DNA of 64,000 bases from Camelus dromedarius (Eukaryota): positions 9,362,001 through 9,426,000 of the forward strand of contig NC_087436.1 in NCBI RefSeq assembly GCF_036321535.1. Direction: 5' to 3'. Below the pieces are notes generated by a model. It was not told where the DNA came from. It saw only the letters and a program-made list of their open reading frames with translations, and searched no databases. This document shows, piece by piece, positions 12,240-24,989 of this stretch; positions within the stretch are counted from its first letter, which is position 1, and each line of letters begins with the position of its first letter. The translations under genes were made by a program, and so were the position numbers.

Positions 12240-15200
12240 ATGGGACAGAATATTTAACTTCAAAGGAATGCTACTCTCACAAATACACCAGGAGTAGCCT
12301 AGAGCTAAGGGCTATTTGCCCTCAAAATTTCTAAGAGCTTAATTCTCTAGATGCTCAAAGATACCCCTGTCTTTTCCTATCTCACAAAGCAATTTCAGGT
12401 AGCAGGGACCATGGTGCTGATTAGATCATTTTGAATTTATAAGGAATGGCAATTTAGTTGCTTCAGAAATAATGCACATATTACTCACCTTAAATAAATA
12501 AAAGTACTTCATACCTGTGAAGCACCTTTGATCTAGAGACATCAAAATATTTCAAGGCTTTCATCTCCAGAACTTTTATAACACTTTTTAAAAGTTAGGC
12601 AGGTGGTAATTATGACTTTACTTATTGTACAGTTGAAGAATATAAAATATAAAAATGATAAGTAGAAAAGTTTGTCTTACCACAATAAATATGAATTCAG
12701 TGGTTGGGAAGGAGAGAGTGGCAAGGTCTGCTCACTGTCACTGACCTTTTTCTAATCAAAATCCCCTTGGAGAATGATTTTCCTCACTTCAACTAATAAA
12801 ATAAGACCCAGAGACATGTCTTCAACTCACACAAGCTAATTTTTATGGTGTGAAATCTACGCATAGCTGATGTACAATTCTTGATTGAGTATAATTTAAT
12901 GAACAGAAATATTAAGGTGAAAACTACTTCCGAGTATTAGAGTAGATTTAAATCAGGAAAAATATCATTGCTGAGACTTGAAATCACCTTCTTCTTCCCA
13001 AATATCAGAGCTAAAACCGGGTGTGTTTTTCCCATTTCCTTCCAGCTTTGCAACTTAACAGTGGGGAGCCTCAGGTACCAAACTCAAACGCCTGAGAGGA
13101 GTTGGGGGGTTAATGGATGTTGGAAACACCAACTAACATGGCAGCCACAAGCCGTGGTGTGAAAAAAGCATTGTTAACAACCTGGGTACTGTTTGGTTCT
13201 GTTTTTGTTTTTGTTTTTCATGTTAGGCAAATACATGGAGGAACAAAACATTTTCAGGCATTAAAAGGATAACATTTTTTAATCTCCAGGTTTGAATCCA
13301 TTGTCATAAAGACAGTAAACTGCCCCCATGTGGTTAGATGATTATTGGAGACGATTTGTGTTCATTTCCTTCTGTGTTTCAGAAGGAGCACATAGTTGCT
13401 TTCTTTGTGTAACAAAAGAAATGTGTTTTCCCTTATACATAAAATGGTTTCTAAAATTATGTGATGTTTTCTACACATGGGTAAGGGAATACATGCACTC
13501 TAATCTTTTCTCACATTTTGAATTGAGATGTATAATTTTAAACAACTAAACCGCTTGCTTGGCTCATTGACTTATTGTCATTATTAGGATGGAAACTCTT
13601 CTCATCAAGCGCTTTTGACTGATACATGTGGATATGACATAGAAGAAACGACTACAGGCTAACTGAGATTCAAATAGAAAGATTCATCTTAGTACCATTC
13701 AGCCTTTTCATGGAGGCATTTTGCATCTCATCTCACATTGGTTCCTCTTTCACGATATGTCTCTGGTGCCATCTCATAAGAAAATGGACAAGAGACAGAC
13801 AGAAAGAGGGGGAAAGTATGAACAGATTGTAAAATGGATAGTTAACCCTTGAATTAATCCAGAGTTGACAGCTGTGAAGAAATGAGAGCACCTTCTCAAA
13901 ATCAGAGACACTAAAGAACTCAAGGATTCAATAAATAATTTAGGTTCCTTTCTGCATAATATTTCTGGAATATCTATTCAAGCACACTGCAGGCGGTGTT
14001 TTATGTAAGTAAAATATTCATATCTATTCAATTGTGAATTAATAACTGCACACGCTTTAACATTGTACTTAGGGAAGAAGCAATTCAACTTTGACACTTA
14101 AAAGACTCTAATTCTGCTCGCAGACACAGCATGCATTTCTGATTTCCCCACGCTGAGGAAAGTTTTCTTCATTTATTTAAATTGTAATATTGGCATTTTG
14201 CCCTCTAGAAAGTCAAGTGAAAATTCAAAAGGAAATGTAATTTGCTTTGATCAAAATTGCACAAAAATAGAAAATGAAAAATAAAATAAAGGATGAATGA
14301 AAATGTGTTGCAGTGTTTGCACATTTTAAATACTAACAGTATAAAATCATATACCCTTGTATATTCTATTATATAAATTTTGGCTGTGTAATACAGTGGT
14401 TTAGAAAGAATTCTTTTTCAATGTGGGAAATTATTTTTATTTATTTCTTTACATCAGTTAAGTTGAGGAAGTTAAGGTACAATAACTTCTGACCTTGTTC
14501 TATTCCCCTTCGATGGTAACATTTAATGTGAAGGAAAATCTGGAAGGAAGCATCTGTGCATTAGCGGGAGGTAATATTATACTCACAGAATGACCTGAGT
14601 CTCAGGTGAGTTTCAGAAGCAAGCAAGAGAATAGCTGATACCGTGATGGAAAATGTATAATAACTTATTTAACATTTCTGTATTATTTTCATTGTATTCT
14701 TTCACATTTCTCAACTTCTCTTACATATTTAATGCAGACCTGGGCAGCTCTGAACAAAGGGCACGATTGTCAGGAGCAACTGTCAGTAGTTGTTAAGTGA
14801 AATATAAGATATGATGTAAGAGCTGTGCCTATCAAAATACAAAGGGGCAGAGGTAGACAGCCTTCCACTTTGGATGGATAGATTAAAGAATACTTTAATG
14901 AGCTGAGATGCTAGGTTCCTGATCTCAGTTCAGGTTCAAAATCCTAACAGGCGTGGTGGAAAGCTGAGAAAGGAACGGCTCTCCTAATTTCCTGTTTGTG
15001 ACTCTAGGTGGCAGCTGCTTCCCGAGGTCCACACATCCCAACACAGGGCATCAGTAGCCATGGCGGAAGGCAGGATGCTGTGGGTGAGGTAAGGCCCCAT
15101 GGTACCAGCAGTGCTGGTGCAGAGGGGGACCGGAAAACAGACAGGATTTCCCCTGCTCTTCCTTCAGCAAGCTTTGGATGCTTAGATGGGACCAGCGATG

Positions 15201-15499
15201 GCACCAATGGTTATCTAAGCCCAGAGAAAGTCGCACAAACAGAATGGATGCTAATCACAGGAGCTTTGTCCCCCAGCTGCTGGGAATCCAAGTGTCTTAT
15301 GGAATAAGAACAAAAAGAGAGGTTCTGTAAGTCTGAGTGTTTAGATGAAGTTGGTCTGAAACAGGACTAATTACAGAGGAATTGACCTGTTAAGCTGAGC
15401 CTCTGTCCTTTTCAGTCCTTACTTTACCCCTTCTCTGCTCCCGAGAATAAGCTTTACTATTAAGCATAGTAAATAAATCATAGGCTCTGGGATTTCCTA

Positions 15500-18100
15500 T
15501 TGAACATGGAAGGTTAACCCCGTATGCATCTCTCTTTTCCCTCTTAAGACATCCGTGAAATGACAATATAGAATTTAAAAGATGTAGCAGCTACAGGTTC
15601 AAATCAAATGGGAGAGGTGACTTCAGTGGATAGGAGACGTTAACTACAGTTTTGAGGCTAGAAAGGAGACAGGGTTGTAAAATGGTAGGCAGAGCAGGAA
15701 AGAGATAAACTACAGTTTTTAAGGAAAATACTAACTCAGAATCACGAGTTACAAAAAAAAAAAAAAGGCAGGTATTGTAAGTATTTGGGCTGAAGTGTCT
15801 ACAGGCATGAGACTAGAAGTTTATTTTCTCCAGAAATTGATCAATATATTCTCCCCTTTCAGGCACATCAGAAATGGTAGTTGGAAGGCGTAAGTTATGG
15901 AGTGGAAAATAGGAGATTAATTAAATTTTCCACATCCAGCAATGGGAACCCCAAGCTTCTCCCTTCCAACTCATAGAATCTTTCTAGCCAAGTGTAGGCT
16001 CCCAGGAGAAAATGGAAATTTATTCTTAAAAAGAGTCAAGAAATTTCTCTGGATATCGGCGATTGTGTCCTTTAAAAATAGCTCTGAAACTGAGCAATTT
16101 TTATCAAAATCCATCCATTCACCCTCCCCAGCAATGCAGCTTACGCTGAGCTCTTTTATTCTTAAATGGGATTCTAAGGCTCACCAGACATTTATGGAAC
16201 ATCTCCCATATCATAGACCCTAATTTAAATAAAGAATGTAAATGGTTAAAAAAAAAAAAGACATGATGGGAGGAACAGAAGGTAAACATAAATAAAAATT
16301 GTAGCAGTTAAATTTCCTGGAAAAGATCTGTCAGCTATAAAATAATGGGAAGCTACGAAGGAAACCAATCTGACATCAGGAAACAACTATTAGAAATGAA
16401 AAACATGGTAGCTGAAATAAAACAAGCAATAAAATGATCACAGGAGAAGATCAAGAAAACTTCCTAAGTGTGCAACCAAAAGAAAGAGAAAAGAAAAAGC
16501 CTAGAAAATGAAAGAAGAACGTCAATATAAGGACGTCACTGATGGAATGATGGGGGTTCTAAACAGTGCAGACAGAGAGAATCAAAAGGAGGAAAGAGCA
16601 AAAGAAGATGCTTCAGCCAAGTTTACTGAGAAAAAGAGAAGCTGTTCTAGGTGTCCCACGTAGGCACTTTTTCAATACAGAAAATTAGAGAGGCAGACAC
16701 CCTGTAAGGGCTGGAAGCAAAGATTCAGGAAACTGAATAGAAGGAGGTGATAACCCAGGCATTCTCCGTGCACCCACTTCGGGTCTCAGAATTCTAAGCT
16801 TTGCCAGGCAGCTGTTGTCCAACAAGCATCTTGGGGAAGGTGCATCACTGCTGTGGATTTTGGTCCTTGCAATTCTGAATCGAGAGTTTATCATTTGCCC
16901 AGTGTGTGCACACAGCTGTCCCTGGTGTACTTCTCATTGACAAATTCTAACTCACAATGGTTTGGGAAGGGGATTTTGATAATTCCCTTCTACCATGCAG
17001 AGGAGATACAAGGTGGCTGTGATACATTGCTTTGACCACAGAGAGTAAAGCACAAACTATCTGGAAGCAAGGAGCATCTTTTTCCAGTTGGAAGTGGCCA
17101 AGAATTTCCCCAGCACCACTAGTGAGGAATAACAACACCAAACCATACCTATATCTTAAAATCAAATCTTGAAGATGAAAGAAAGATTCAAAAAGCTTCC
17201 GAAGAGGGGGAAATAAGAAACCCCAAAAACAAAAACAAGAGAGAAAATCGGAATGACAGCATAGTTCTCAGAAGCAGCAATACACAAGGGAAGAAAGCCT
17301 TTAAAAACCCGGAGAAAGAAGAATTTTCTTCTAGAATATTATGCTCAACCAGCATGTAAATCGAGGTAAAAGATACATTAGAAACATTCTCATTAAGCAA
17401 GTACCCAGAAAAACATAAGCTTTTATCCCCTTTAATTTCCTGGTAATTGCTTGGAATATTGCTTCAGAAAAGAAGAAATAAGCAAAAAAGAAAAAAAATG
17501 TATGACATGCAAGAATTAAGGTTGATAGCCATGCAGTACTTTAACCTTGCTTTTAAAGAGTCCAGACTGGAGCAGAAAGATAGGAAGATGAGGTACTCTG
17601 GAAAGGAGACTTCTGAGGAGTGGGGAGTATGAATTAATAGATCAGGGAAAATAAATTTAAGCATGCAGTTCACATAACAAGTGAAGAATGTAAAAGTTTA
17701 TCAGATTAGAAAAAAAGAAAATATAGTCATTGTATATCATTTGATCTACTATTAACAATATTTATATATTCATAACAATGCTCATACTTAGCATTCAATA
17801 GAACTACCGAGAGTTTAACTTTATTCGAGGAGGAGAAATGGCAGGATGAGTGAAGAGAACAGAGTCCTCGTTTATTATAATGTAATTACGCGTAATGTAT
17901 TACATAGACAAGATAATATCATAATCCAATTGTAGCAGAGTAGTAAGTAAAAGTAGATAAGAGCTCAAATTTATACATGCAGAAATGGCAATATGAGAAA
18001 GAATTTTTCATTGGGAAATAAAAACAAAAACGCAGCTAAGAGATAAAATTTGTTGTTTTAATATGAAGTATGAGAAAGTGAATTATAATCCCACATTAGC
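15500..18100 (+). mobile_element. Ancient HAL1/L1M-like element (5' region plus decayed ORF1), interrupted around 16700-17120
   Basis: ORF1-like decay such as 'gaagatgaaagaaagattcaaaaagcttccgaagag', 'aaaatcggaatgacagcatagttctcagaagcagcaatac' and 'ttttcttctagaatattatgctcaacc'. It continues into 'agtccagactggagcaga' with no ORF2-like sequence, as I recall for HAL1. Confidence 0.6.
16880..17080 (-). mobile_element. Degenerate MIR
   Basis: 'ataattcccttctaccatgcagaggagatacaagg...attgctttgaccacagagagtaa' resembles the antisense MIR core. Confidence 0.45.
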
Positions 18101-18509
18101 TTAAGAGGAGAGAGGAGAGTGAAGAGTTCAGCCTGGATTCTCCCTCTTTCTCAAAAAAACAACTACATATCCTAATTTGAGGGATTTTTCTTTATTATCT
18201 AAACCATTCCAAGTGAGCTTCCGGAGGACGTCAGCTATGGGACAAAGCAGAAATACATCAAATCAAATAACTCTGATTAGGAATTGATGAAGCAGAGTCA
18301 TTTACTCAGCAAAAAATAACTGTTCTACTTAAATATGTATATATACAAGTACTATATATATAGTAGTATAGAATTATAGCATTTTATCAATTTATAAATA
18401 TATAGAGTTGTACACATCAATAAAGGTGCCTAATGTTACTTTTTGTTTGAGTTGTGGGGGAAAAAAAAGCTATCAATTACATAATATAAATGACTAATGA
18501 GCATTCTGA

Positions 18510-18740
18510 AAAATAATAATAGCCAATAAATTAATAGCTATAGCCAATAAAATCTTTCAATACTCAAAACAACTCTAAAAGGCAGATAAGATAGTATCAG
18601 TATTCCCATTTAACAGACAGGGACACTGAGGTACAGAATTCAAGAGACCTGCCCATGATCTCGTAGAGTCAGTGGTGGAGCCATGATTCAAACCCGGGTG
18701 GTTGGGATGAAGCAGTGACCATCTTATATGCCGTGCACTG
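18510..18740 (-). mobile_element. MIR SINE
   Basis: 'tattcccatttaacagacagggacactgaggtacagaattcaagagacctgcccatgatc...gtggtggagccatgattcaaacccggg'. Confidence 0.8.
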
Positions 18741-19027
18741 TGTCTTGAACTCAATAGGTGTGAACTGAGCATCTTGTCCCTGAAACCTGTCTGTATTCCA
18801 CAGTATTGAGCCACACAATCGGGCAAGGCAGAGTCCTGCGTAATTCCAGACCCACTGCTGTCTTCCTTCCTTCTACCACCCCACACTGGCCACCTTCATC
18901 TTGTCCTCACCTCCACCTGCCTTTGTATCTTCTCCCATCTTCACTTTGGAGCTGCCTGTTACTCCCTCCTCATCCCTCCATTTCTAATCCACCTTCTTTG
19001 TTGACACCAGAATTAGCCCCCATACAA

Positions 19028-19382
19028 TTATTTTTTTCATTTTTTTACATATATATATATTAACTGCAGTATAGTCAGTTTACAATGCGTGTCTATTTCT
19101 GATGCACAGCACAACGTCCCAGTCATACATATATGTACATGTATTTGTTTTCATATTCTTTTTCATTACAGCTTACTACAGATATTGAATATAATTCCCT
19201 GTGCTACACAGTAAAAACTTGTTGTGTGTCTATTTTATATATAGTAGCTCATATCTGCAAATCTCAGCCTCCCAATTTATCCTTTCTCACTCCTTTTCCC
19301 CACTGGTAACCATAGGTTTGTTTTCTATGTCTATGAGTCTGCTTCCATTTAGTAAATAAGTTCATTTGTGTCTCTTTTTTAT
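19028..19382 (-). mobile_element. Young 5'-truncated L1 3'UTR, flanked by plus-strand L2 fragments (~18755-19020 and ~19440-19770)
   Basis: T-rich tail, then 'gtatagtcagtttacaatgcgtgtctatttctgatgcacagc...ctggtaaccataggtttgttttctatgtctatgagtctg', homologous to the copy at 60762-61347. Confidence 0.88.
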
Positions 19383-19774
19383 TGCCTTCTTGACGTGTAT
19401 TAATTCCTAACACATTCTTGACCTGTATGATACGTTTTTCTCAATCTGTTCCAAACTAACGCTCACGTAAGTATACCATGACCATCAAAACGCTGGATGC
19501 CCTGTATTTCAATGCCTTCCTGCCTTAGTTTATCTCTCCCCTTGCTTGCAGAGCCATTCTTCCACCTCTCGTGCTATGGGAATTCTACTCAGCCTTCAAG
19601 GCTAGGTCAAATAATCACTTTTTCTTTTTAAGGTTTCCTGAAGCCCTTAAGGCATTAAGTTTCTTTCAAATTTCATTTCAGTTCTATTTGTATGGTTTTG
19701 TGTCCATACCATGGTTTTGCAAACTTTATTATTATGCTTTTGCTCTTCTTGTTCATTGTTACCTTTAGTTGTAT

Positions 19775-20130
19775 GTGCAGCAGTGAAAATGTGCCCATCG
19801 AATCTCCTGATGCAGGGACCACAGTTGACTAGCAGGTGCCACTGCTGGGAGCTCCCTGGATCCACCTGTGAGCACTTGCTGAAGCCAAGCTTCCCTGACT
19901 AGGCACCTCATCCTCTGAGATGCAGGACTTACTCAGTGGGCAGCTTTGTGCTGTAACTCTTCCTCTCATTCCTTCTCCTTCCCTCTCAAATTTGCAGGGG
20001 TCAGACCTTCTATTTCCTCCTTTTCTGCCTCTCTCTCTCCCCTTTCCTGTGAAAAGGTATATATTCCTCCAGGTAATATCTTTTAGGTTTAATTCTCTAA
20101 TAAGAGCCATCTGCTTCTTGAAGGATCAAA
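19775..20130 (+). mobile_element. LTR16-like (ERV-L) solo LTR
   Basis: 'gcagtgaaaatgtgcccatcgaatctcctgatgcagggaccacagttgact', 'gggcagctttgtgctgtaactcttc' and terminal 'catctgcttcttgaagga' follow the LTR16 layout as I recall it. Confidence 0.6.
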
Positions 20131-20357
20131 AAAAAAAAATCTACTGCCTTCTTGAGAAAAAAAAGTTATATTTCTTATGTAAATTTAAATTCCTTAGAAT
20201 GTCATATGGTAGTTTGCACATAATAAGCATTTGACAAATATTTTCAGTCATGGTTTCCCCCCAAAATTTACTATAGATTCCTTGCTATTGGGATTTAAAT
20301 GTATTTAGGTGAATGTGGAACAAAGTGTTTTGATCTTCTCTCAAAAGTGTCTGTTTT

Positions 20358-20465
20358 AGTCATACATATACATACACATGTATGACTGAAACATTATGCT
20401 GTACACCAGAAATTGACACATTGTAAACTGACTATACTTCAATAACAAAGAATGCAACTTTTTAA
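20358..20465 (+). mobile_element. Ultra-short L1 3' tail
   Basis: 'gtatgactgaaacattatgctgtacaccagaaattgacacattgtaaactgactatacttcaataa'. Near-TSD aaaagtgtctgtttt (20343-20357) / aaaattgtttgtttt (20466-20480). Confidence 0.85.
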
Positions 20466-20589
20466 AAAATTGTTTGTTTTGTGGGTGTGTGAAACAGGTC
20501 ACTATAGAGCATAAATCATCTAATGTTGTTTGGTCATTTCAGTGAGTACAATTCTTTCTACTTTAAGTGGAAAAAAACCTCAATTTGAA

Positions 20590-20990
20590 AACAGATCTTG
20601 AAAAGGTATAAAATATTAGCCCACACTTCTGAGAAATCTGGAGGTGTCTGTCATCACACACAGTTGGACTCAGAAGCTCAAATACACTCGTCAAGAGCTA
20701 GTCTCATACTTTTCATGTGTAAATTCTACCTTCATGTTGATTCTGAGGTTTTCTCTGATCTTTGGCATATTTCTCCGCCCACCATGGACATAAGCCACCA
20801 ACAGATCCAGGCTTACATCCTCTCTTCTTAACAACTCTCAGTGACGGGAGTGAGGGCTACTGAGACAGGGAGATAAGGAGGGAGAGAGGTCAGGCAAATC
20901 TTGTTGATATGGCTCATGGTTGGTTCTCACTGTACCCACTTGGATTACCCATCTATGTAAAGATCAGTCATTGGCCATGGATGGAGAAGT
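20590..20990 (-). mobile_element. Old MLT1-type LTR
   Basis: 'gccaccaacagatccaggcttacatcctctc' and 'ggctcatggttggttctcactgtacccacttgga...agtcattggccatgg' resemble antisense old MLT1. Confidence 0.5.
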
Positions 20991-21112
20991 TGATCAATTA
21001 ATTTATAGATAAATCGACTTGTTGGCATCTATATAGCTAAGAAACTACTTTAAAGACTAGAAGTCTTGCAATCTCAGGGGTTAGAACATTTAGCCTTAGG
21101 AATGTGTAAGAA

Positions 21113-21226
21113 TGTAGTAACCTATAGTGAAAAAGAATATATGTGTGGATGTGTATGACTGGGACATGATGATGTACACCAGAAATTGACACAACACTGT
21201 AAACTGACTATACTTCAATACAAAAA
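21113..21226 (+). mobile_element. Ultra-short L1 3' tail with a perfect 15-bp TSD
   Basis: TSD aggaatgtgtaagaa at 21098-21112 and 21227-21241; the insert ends 'tgtacaccagaaattgacacaacactgtaaactgactatacttcaatacaaaaa'. Confidence 0.93.
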
Positions 21227-22089
21227 AGGAATGTGTAAGAAATGCATTCACAGGACATAAAGAAGGAAGCATTCATTAGACTCTAAAGCTAACAAGAAGA
21301 GCTGGACCTTTGCACTCTACTGCAGCCATATTTAGTCAACTTTCAGCAAACGGCAAGTTTTGTCATCAGAGCAGTATGTGACTGGGTTTCTTCAGAGCTC
21401 TTGTCGGCCGTGAGGTCTCCTCTGACTCATGGGGGTCTGGGAGCCCCTGAAGACCTACAGCGAGCCCTGGTTTCCCATCCCCTCCTTTCTTCTAAGAAAA
21501 CTCAAACCTTTCCGGTCAAGTGTGCTGTCCTGCTCCCGTCCTCATAACCCTCTCTACGGGTTTGCTTATATCTAAATTTAAAAATTAAAATTCTGGGTAG
21601 TATAGGTCAGGTTAGCTTGAGGATTTAGTTAACTGAAACATTACTATGATTTGGTTTCAAATGGATTAAAATTCAGTATCAGGAGGGACTTTTTTGCTGC
21701 TTGCAAAAACCTTGACTATAAATGCCAATTGCTCAGCCATAGTTGTTTTGCTCTTCAGGGCCAGAAACAGATTTTACTTTTAAGAACCAAATGGAGCTTC
21801 TGATGCCACTCTAGTCAACTATCATTGTCCTGGATTCTCCAAAGTCCCATCCGCATTTTGGGGAGAGGACAAAAGCAGACTGGCGTGTCATGTGCTTTGC
21901 TTTGGAGAAGAAAGTAAACATGGAGGGTACAGTTTGTGCATGTAATTTCCATCTCCCTTCCCAAAAGAGTAAGAAAGGCAGGGAAGAAGGGAGGAATGAA
22001 TACAGGAAGGAAGGAAGAAAAGAAAGAGAAAGGAAAAAAAAGTTGTGTTGTAAGAGAGTAAAAACTAATCTGAAATCAACAGAGTGAAA

Positions 22090-22545
22090 GAAATCAGAGT
22101 GGGACTGCACACATGAAAATCAATCTTGCCACTAAGCAGACAGCTGAAACAGACATGAATGAAGTCAGCTGCCAAGTCAGCAGGAGGCTGTTTCTCCAAG
22201 GTCATGCCACAGCTCTCGAATGTCATACCAGCCCTCTTCTTTGGGGTTCCTGCTTCCTCACCGATGACTTATCCCACGATTGATCATGGCTCTTGAACAC
22301 AGATCAGAGATCCTCTGTTGCTAAGCTGCCCTCACCTAGTGGCATCAATCAATGGAGAAGTGAACCCTCATCTCCTGTAGCCTCACCTCAGGAAGACCAG
22401 CCAACCCACTCGCTACGGCCTCCTGCGATCATTCAGTGCAAGTGTGTGTTTTGCAGAGAAAAATTCTCCCTGTTTCTTCCTGAGTCCTTTCCTTGTTGCA
22501 GAAAATAAATAAACCTCATGTGGCTGAAATACCAGTTTAGTTCTG
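22090..22545 (+). mobile_element. Probable old LTR, family uncertain
   Basis: GC-richer block ending 'gtcctttccttgttgcagaaaataaataaacctcatgtggctgaaatacc', an LTR-like R/U5 layout with AATAAA. Confidence 0.4.
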
Positions 22546-23062
22546 GGTTGACTTTAACTTTTTGAGGTAAATGATTAAATACTGTATTCATAATTTACTG
22601 TATTCTATTAGCTTTATAAGTCCTTCACATTTACTAATAAATAAGCCTTTTAAAAACCTTAATATTTTTATAAAGCTAATAAATTCAATTTATAACTACA
22701 GTGACTATTCAGGCCTCTTAAATGTGTATACATACAGCTTATATGATTTTTAAGGTTACTATTTAAAGCCACACTATACATCATTTTTTCAATTAAGTAT
22801 CTTAAATTAGAATGTCAATATTAATCTATTTTAAGTAAATTATTTTAAATATTGCACATACTTAAAAATGAATACATTATTCTGTAACTCAGTTTGTACA
22901 CTATTGATTTTATTATCCATTTTCGATATTTAAATTTATTTTTTCCATTATGGAATATTTATGCAACAAAAGAACAACAGTGGCATAAAGGGAACAATTT
23001 TGAGTGAATAACTGAAGGCAGCCAGCTGATATGTTTGTGGTTACCAATCAAAGAAATGTTCC

Positions 23063-23330
23063 CTTTTTTTATTGGTGTGTATCCTGCATAAAGACAATCG
23101 ATCATACAAAGCTTTCATGTGCAATTTGATGAATTCTCACAAAATCCATGTGACCAAATAACCAGCATGCAGAATAAGAAATAGTGTTATCAGCAACATG
23201 GAAAGTGCTTTATGCCCTTACCAGTCAATGTCCCACAAAGAAAACCATTATCTTGACTTTTGTCCCAGAGATGATTTTTTTCTGGTTTTGAGCTTAAAAA
23301 TCAATGAAAACACGCAGTATGATATTATCT
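23063..23330 (-). mobile_element. Old L1M (MC/ME-type) 3' fragment
   Basis: 'gtgcaatttgatgaattctcacaaaatccatgtgacc...aagaaatagtgttatcagcaacatggaaagtgctttatgccctt'. Confidence 0.6.
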
Positions 23331-23709
23331 TCCCAATTAGCTTAGGTGTTATTTTGACCAGAGAATTTGCCTAAGGTGCAGAACAAGGGACTCTGGCCTC
23401 CAATACTGATTGGACTCACTGAACCCTATTTACAAATGTCATAACAGAAATTCCATAATTTTAAAACTTTGGTTAGCTTTGCTTTCAAAGCTCACATGCA
23501 TAACCTTTAAGCCATATCCATTATTGCTAAATGTTTGTCCACTATGAGAAGCACGTAATCCTGCAGATTATTAAAAAAAAATTTATATAATATCAGTTAT
23601 ACTTGCATTTATTTCCTTTACTATATCTACCTACCTTACAATCAGATTCTTTGTAGTTCTCAAAACTTTTTGGTTTTATGGTCATATTTCTAGAATTAGT
23701 CTAAGAAGT

Positions 23710-23875
23710 TCCTTCAGCAAGTTTTCCTCTCTAACCCCAAATTTTGTGCTCTGTAAAAACAGTCAAATAACATTATATATTTATAGGATTGCTGTTTAAG
23801 ATTGAAAGAACTAAATTATGTAAGTATGCCTAGCCCACAATAAGTGCTCAAAAAAAATTGTTTTGTTAATAAGAA
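23710..23875 (+). mobile_element. MIR SINE
   Basis: 'cttcagcaagttttcctctctaaccccaaattttgtgctctgtaaaaac...ataggattgctgtttaagattgaa...taagtgctcaaaaaa'. Confidence 0.65.
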
Positions 23876-24989
23876 TAGTATCCTACCCTCTCTTCACTCA
23901 TTATAACATTAAGAATTTATTATAGAATTAAAAAATAATCGTACATTCTTAAACATAATCTTAATCATCACACCAATTTTTTTCTAACAGCCTTAATTAA
24001 ACTTGCCTGAGCAATCATATATAATTTGCGTAAGTCCTGATGTTTTGCTGAAATAGGGCCTATGTAGACTTGTCATTTATTCAACTGTTACGGGAAAATT
24101 ACAACAGAAAATGGAGATAATTTTTGTGTGTATTGCTTAACTTAATTAACTAACATTGCGCTGTGGTGAAGTACAAAGTACAAAGGTACGATAGTCCTGG
24201 ATGTACTTCCCTGAGTCATAAAGGAAGTGAATTGCAGAGACATGGGCAAAACGCTTACTAAAATAAATGATGAGCAGAAAATGAAAACACAGTTACATAT
24301 GTTATCAGACATGCCTGCAACTTTCTTTTCAGAAAAACCAATTGCCTCACTAATTAAAAGTATCCCAGGATTACTGAAGAATGATTAAAATGTTTCAAAG
24401 ATAAATCCAATACACAGTACACAATACAGATGGCACTGGCGTGTTAATGCAGGTGTACTTAACTTATTTTATCTTAAGTACTTGTTCAAAGTGACTGTAG
24501 CTGTCTTCTTCAAAATAAATGGAATAAGTAAAAACCAGTGTAAAATTATTGATACATTTCTGACACTTCTATGATGCGAATAGCTAGTTAAATTTACATT
24601 CAAATTTATTAGCTTTCAAAACAAATACTGTAGTGTACTTAGCATGTAAAGAGTTTCTTTTATGTTTCTAAAAGGTTAAATAATTTAAAATAGACATCTA
24701 TGTCTTAAAAATCTGATGTAAGTCCTCCTTTAGATATTATTTTCCTATTTAGGGGCACATGAGCAAGATAAACATATTTCTCTGCCACAGTGTGACAGTC
24801 AGCTTCCATCAAGCCTCACTTATATTCCCATGGTTCTTTGGCCAAAGTCCAAATCACTTATTTGTTTATTTCCCCATCTTATAGGAATACTCAAAACATC
24901 TCTGAGACATTCCCTGTGGAAAGGCTAAGATTTCTCATGAAATAATAAAGGATATTCAAGAAGTCTCAAAATAGATGTGCAAATCTATG

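Noticed and set aside
18350..18365. 16-bp palindrome tactatatatatagta
   Set aside because: Expected from TA low-complexity sequence.
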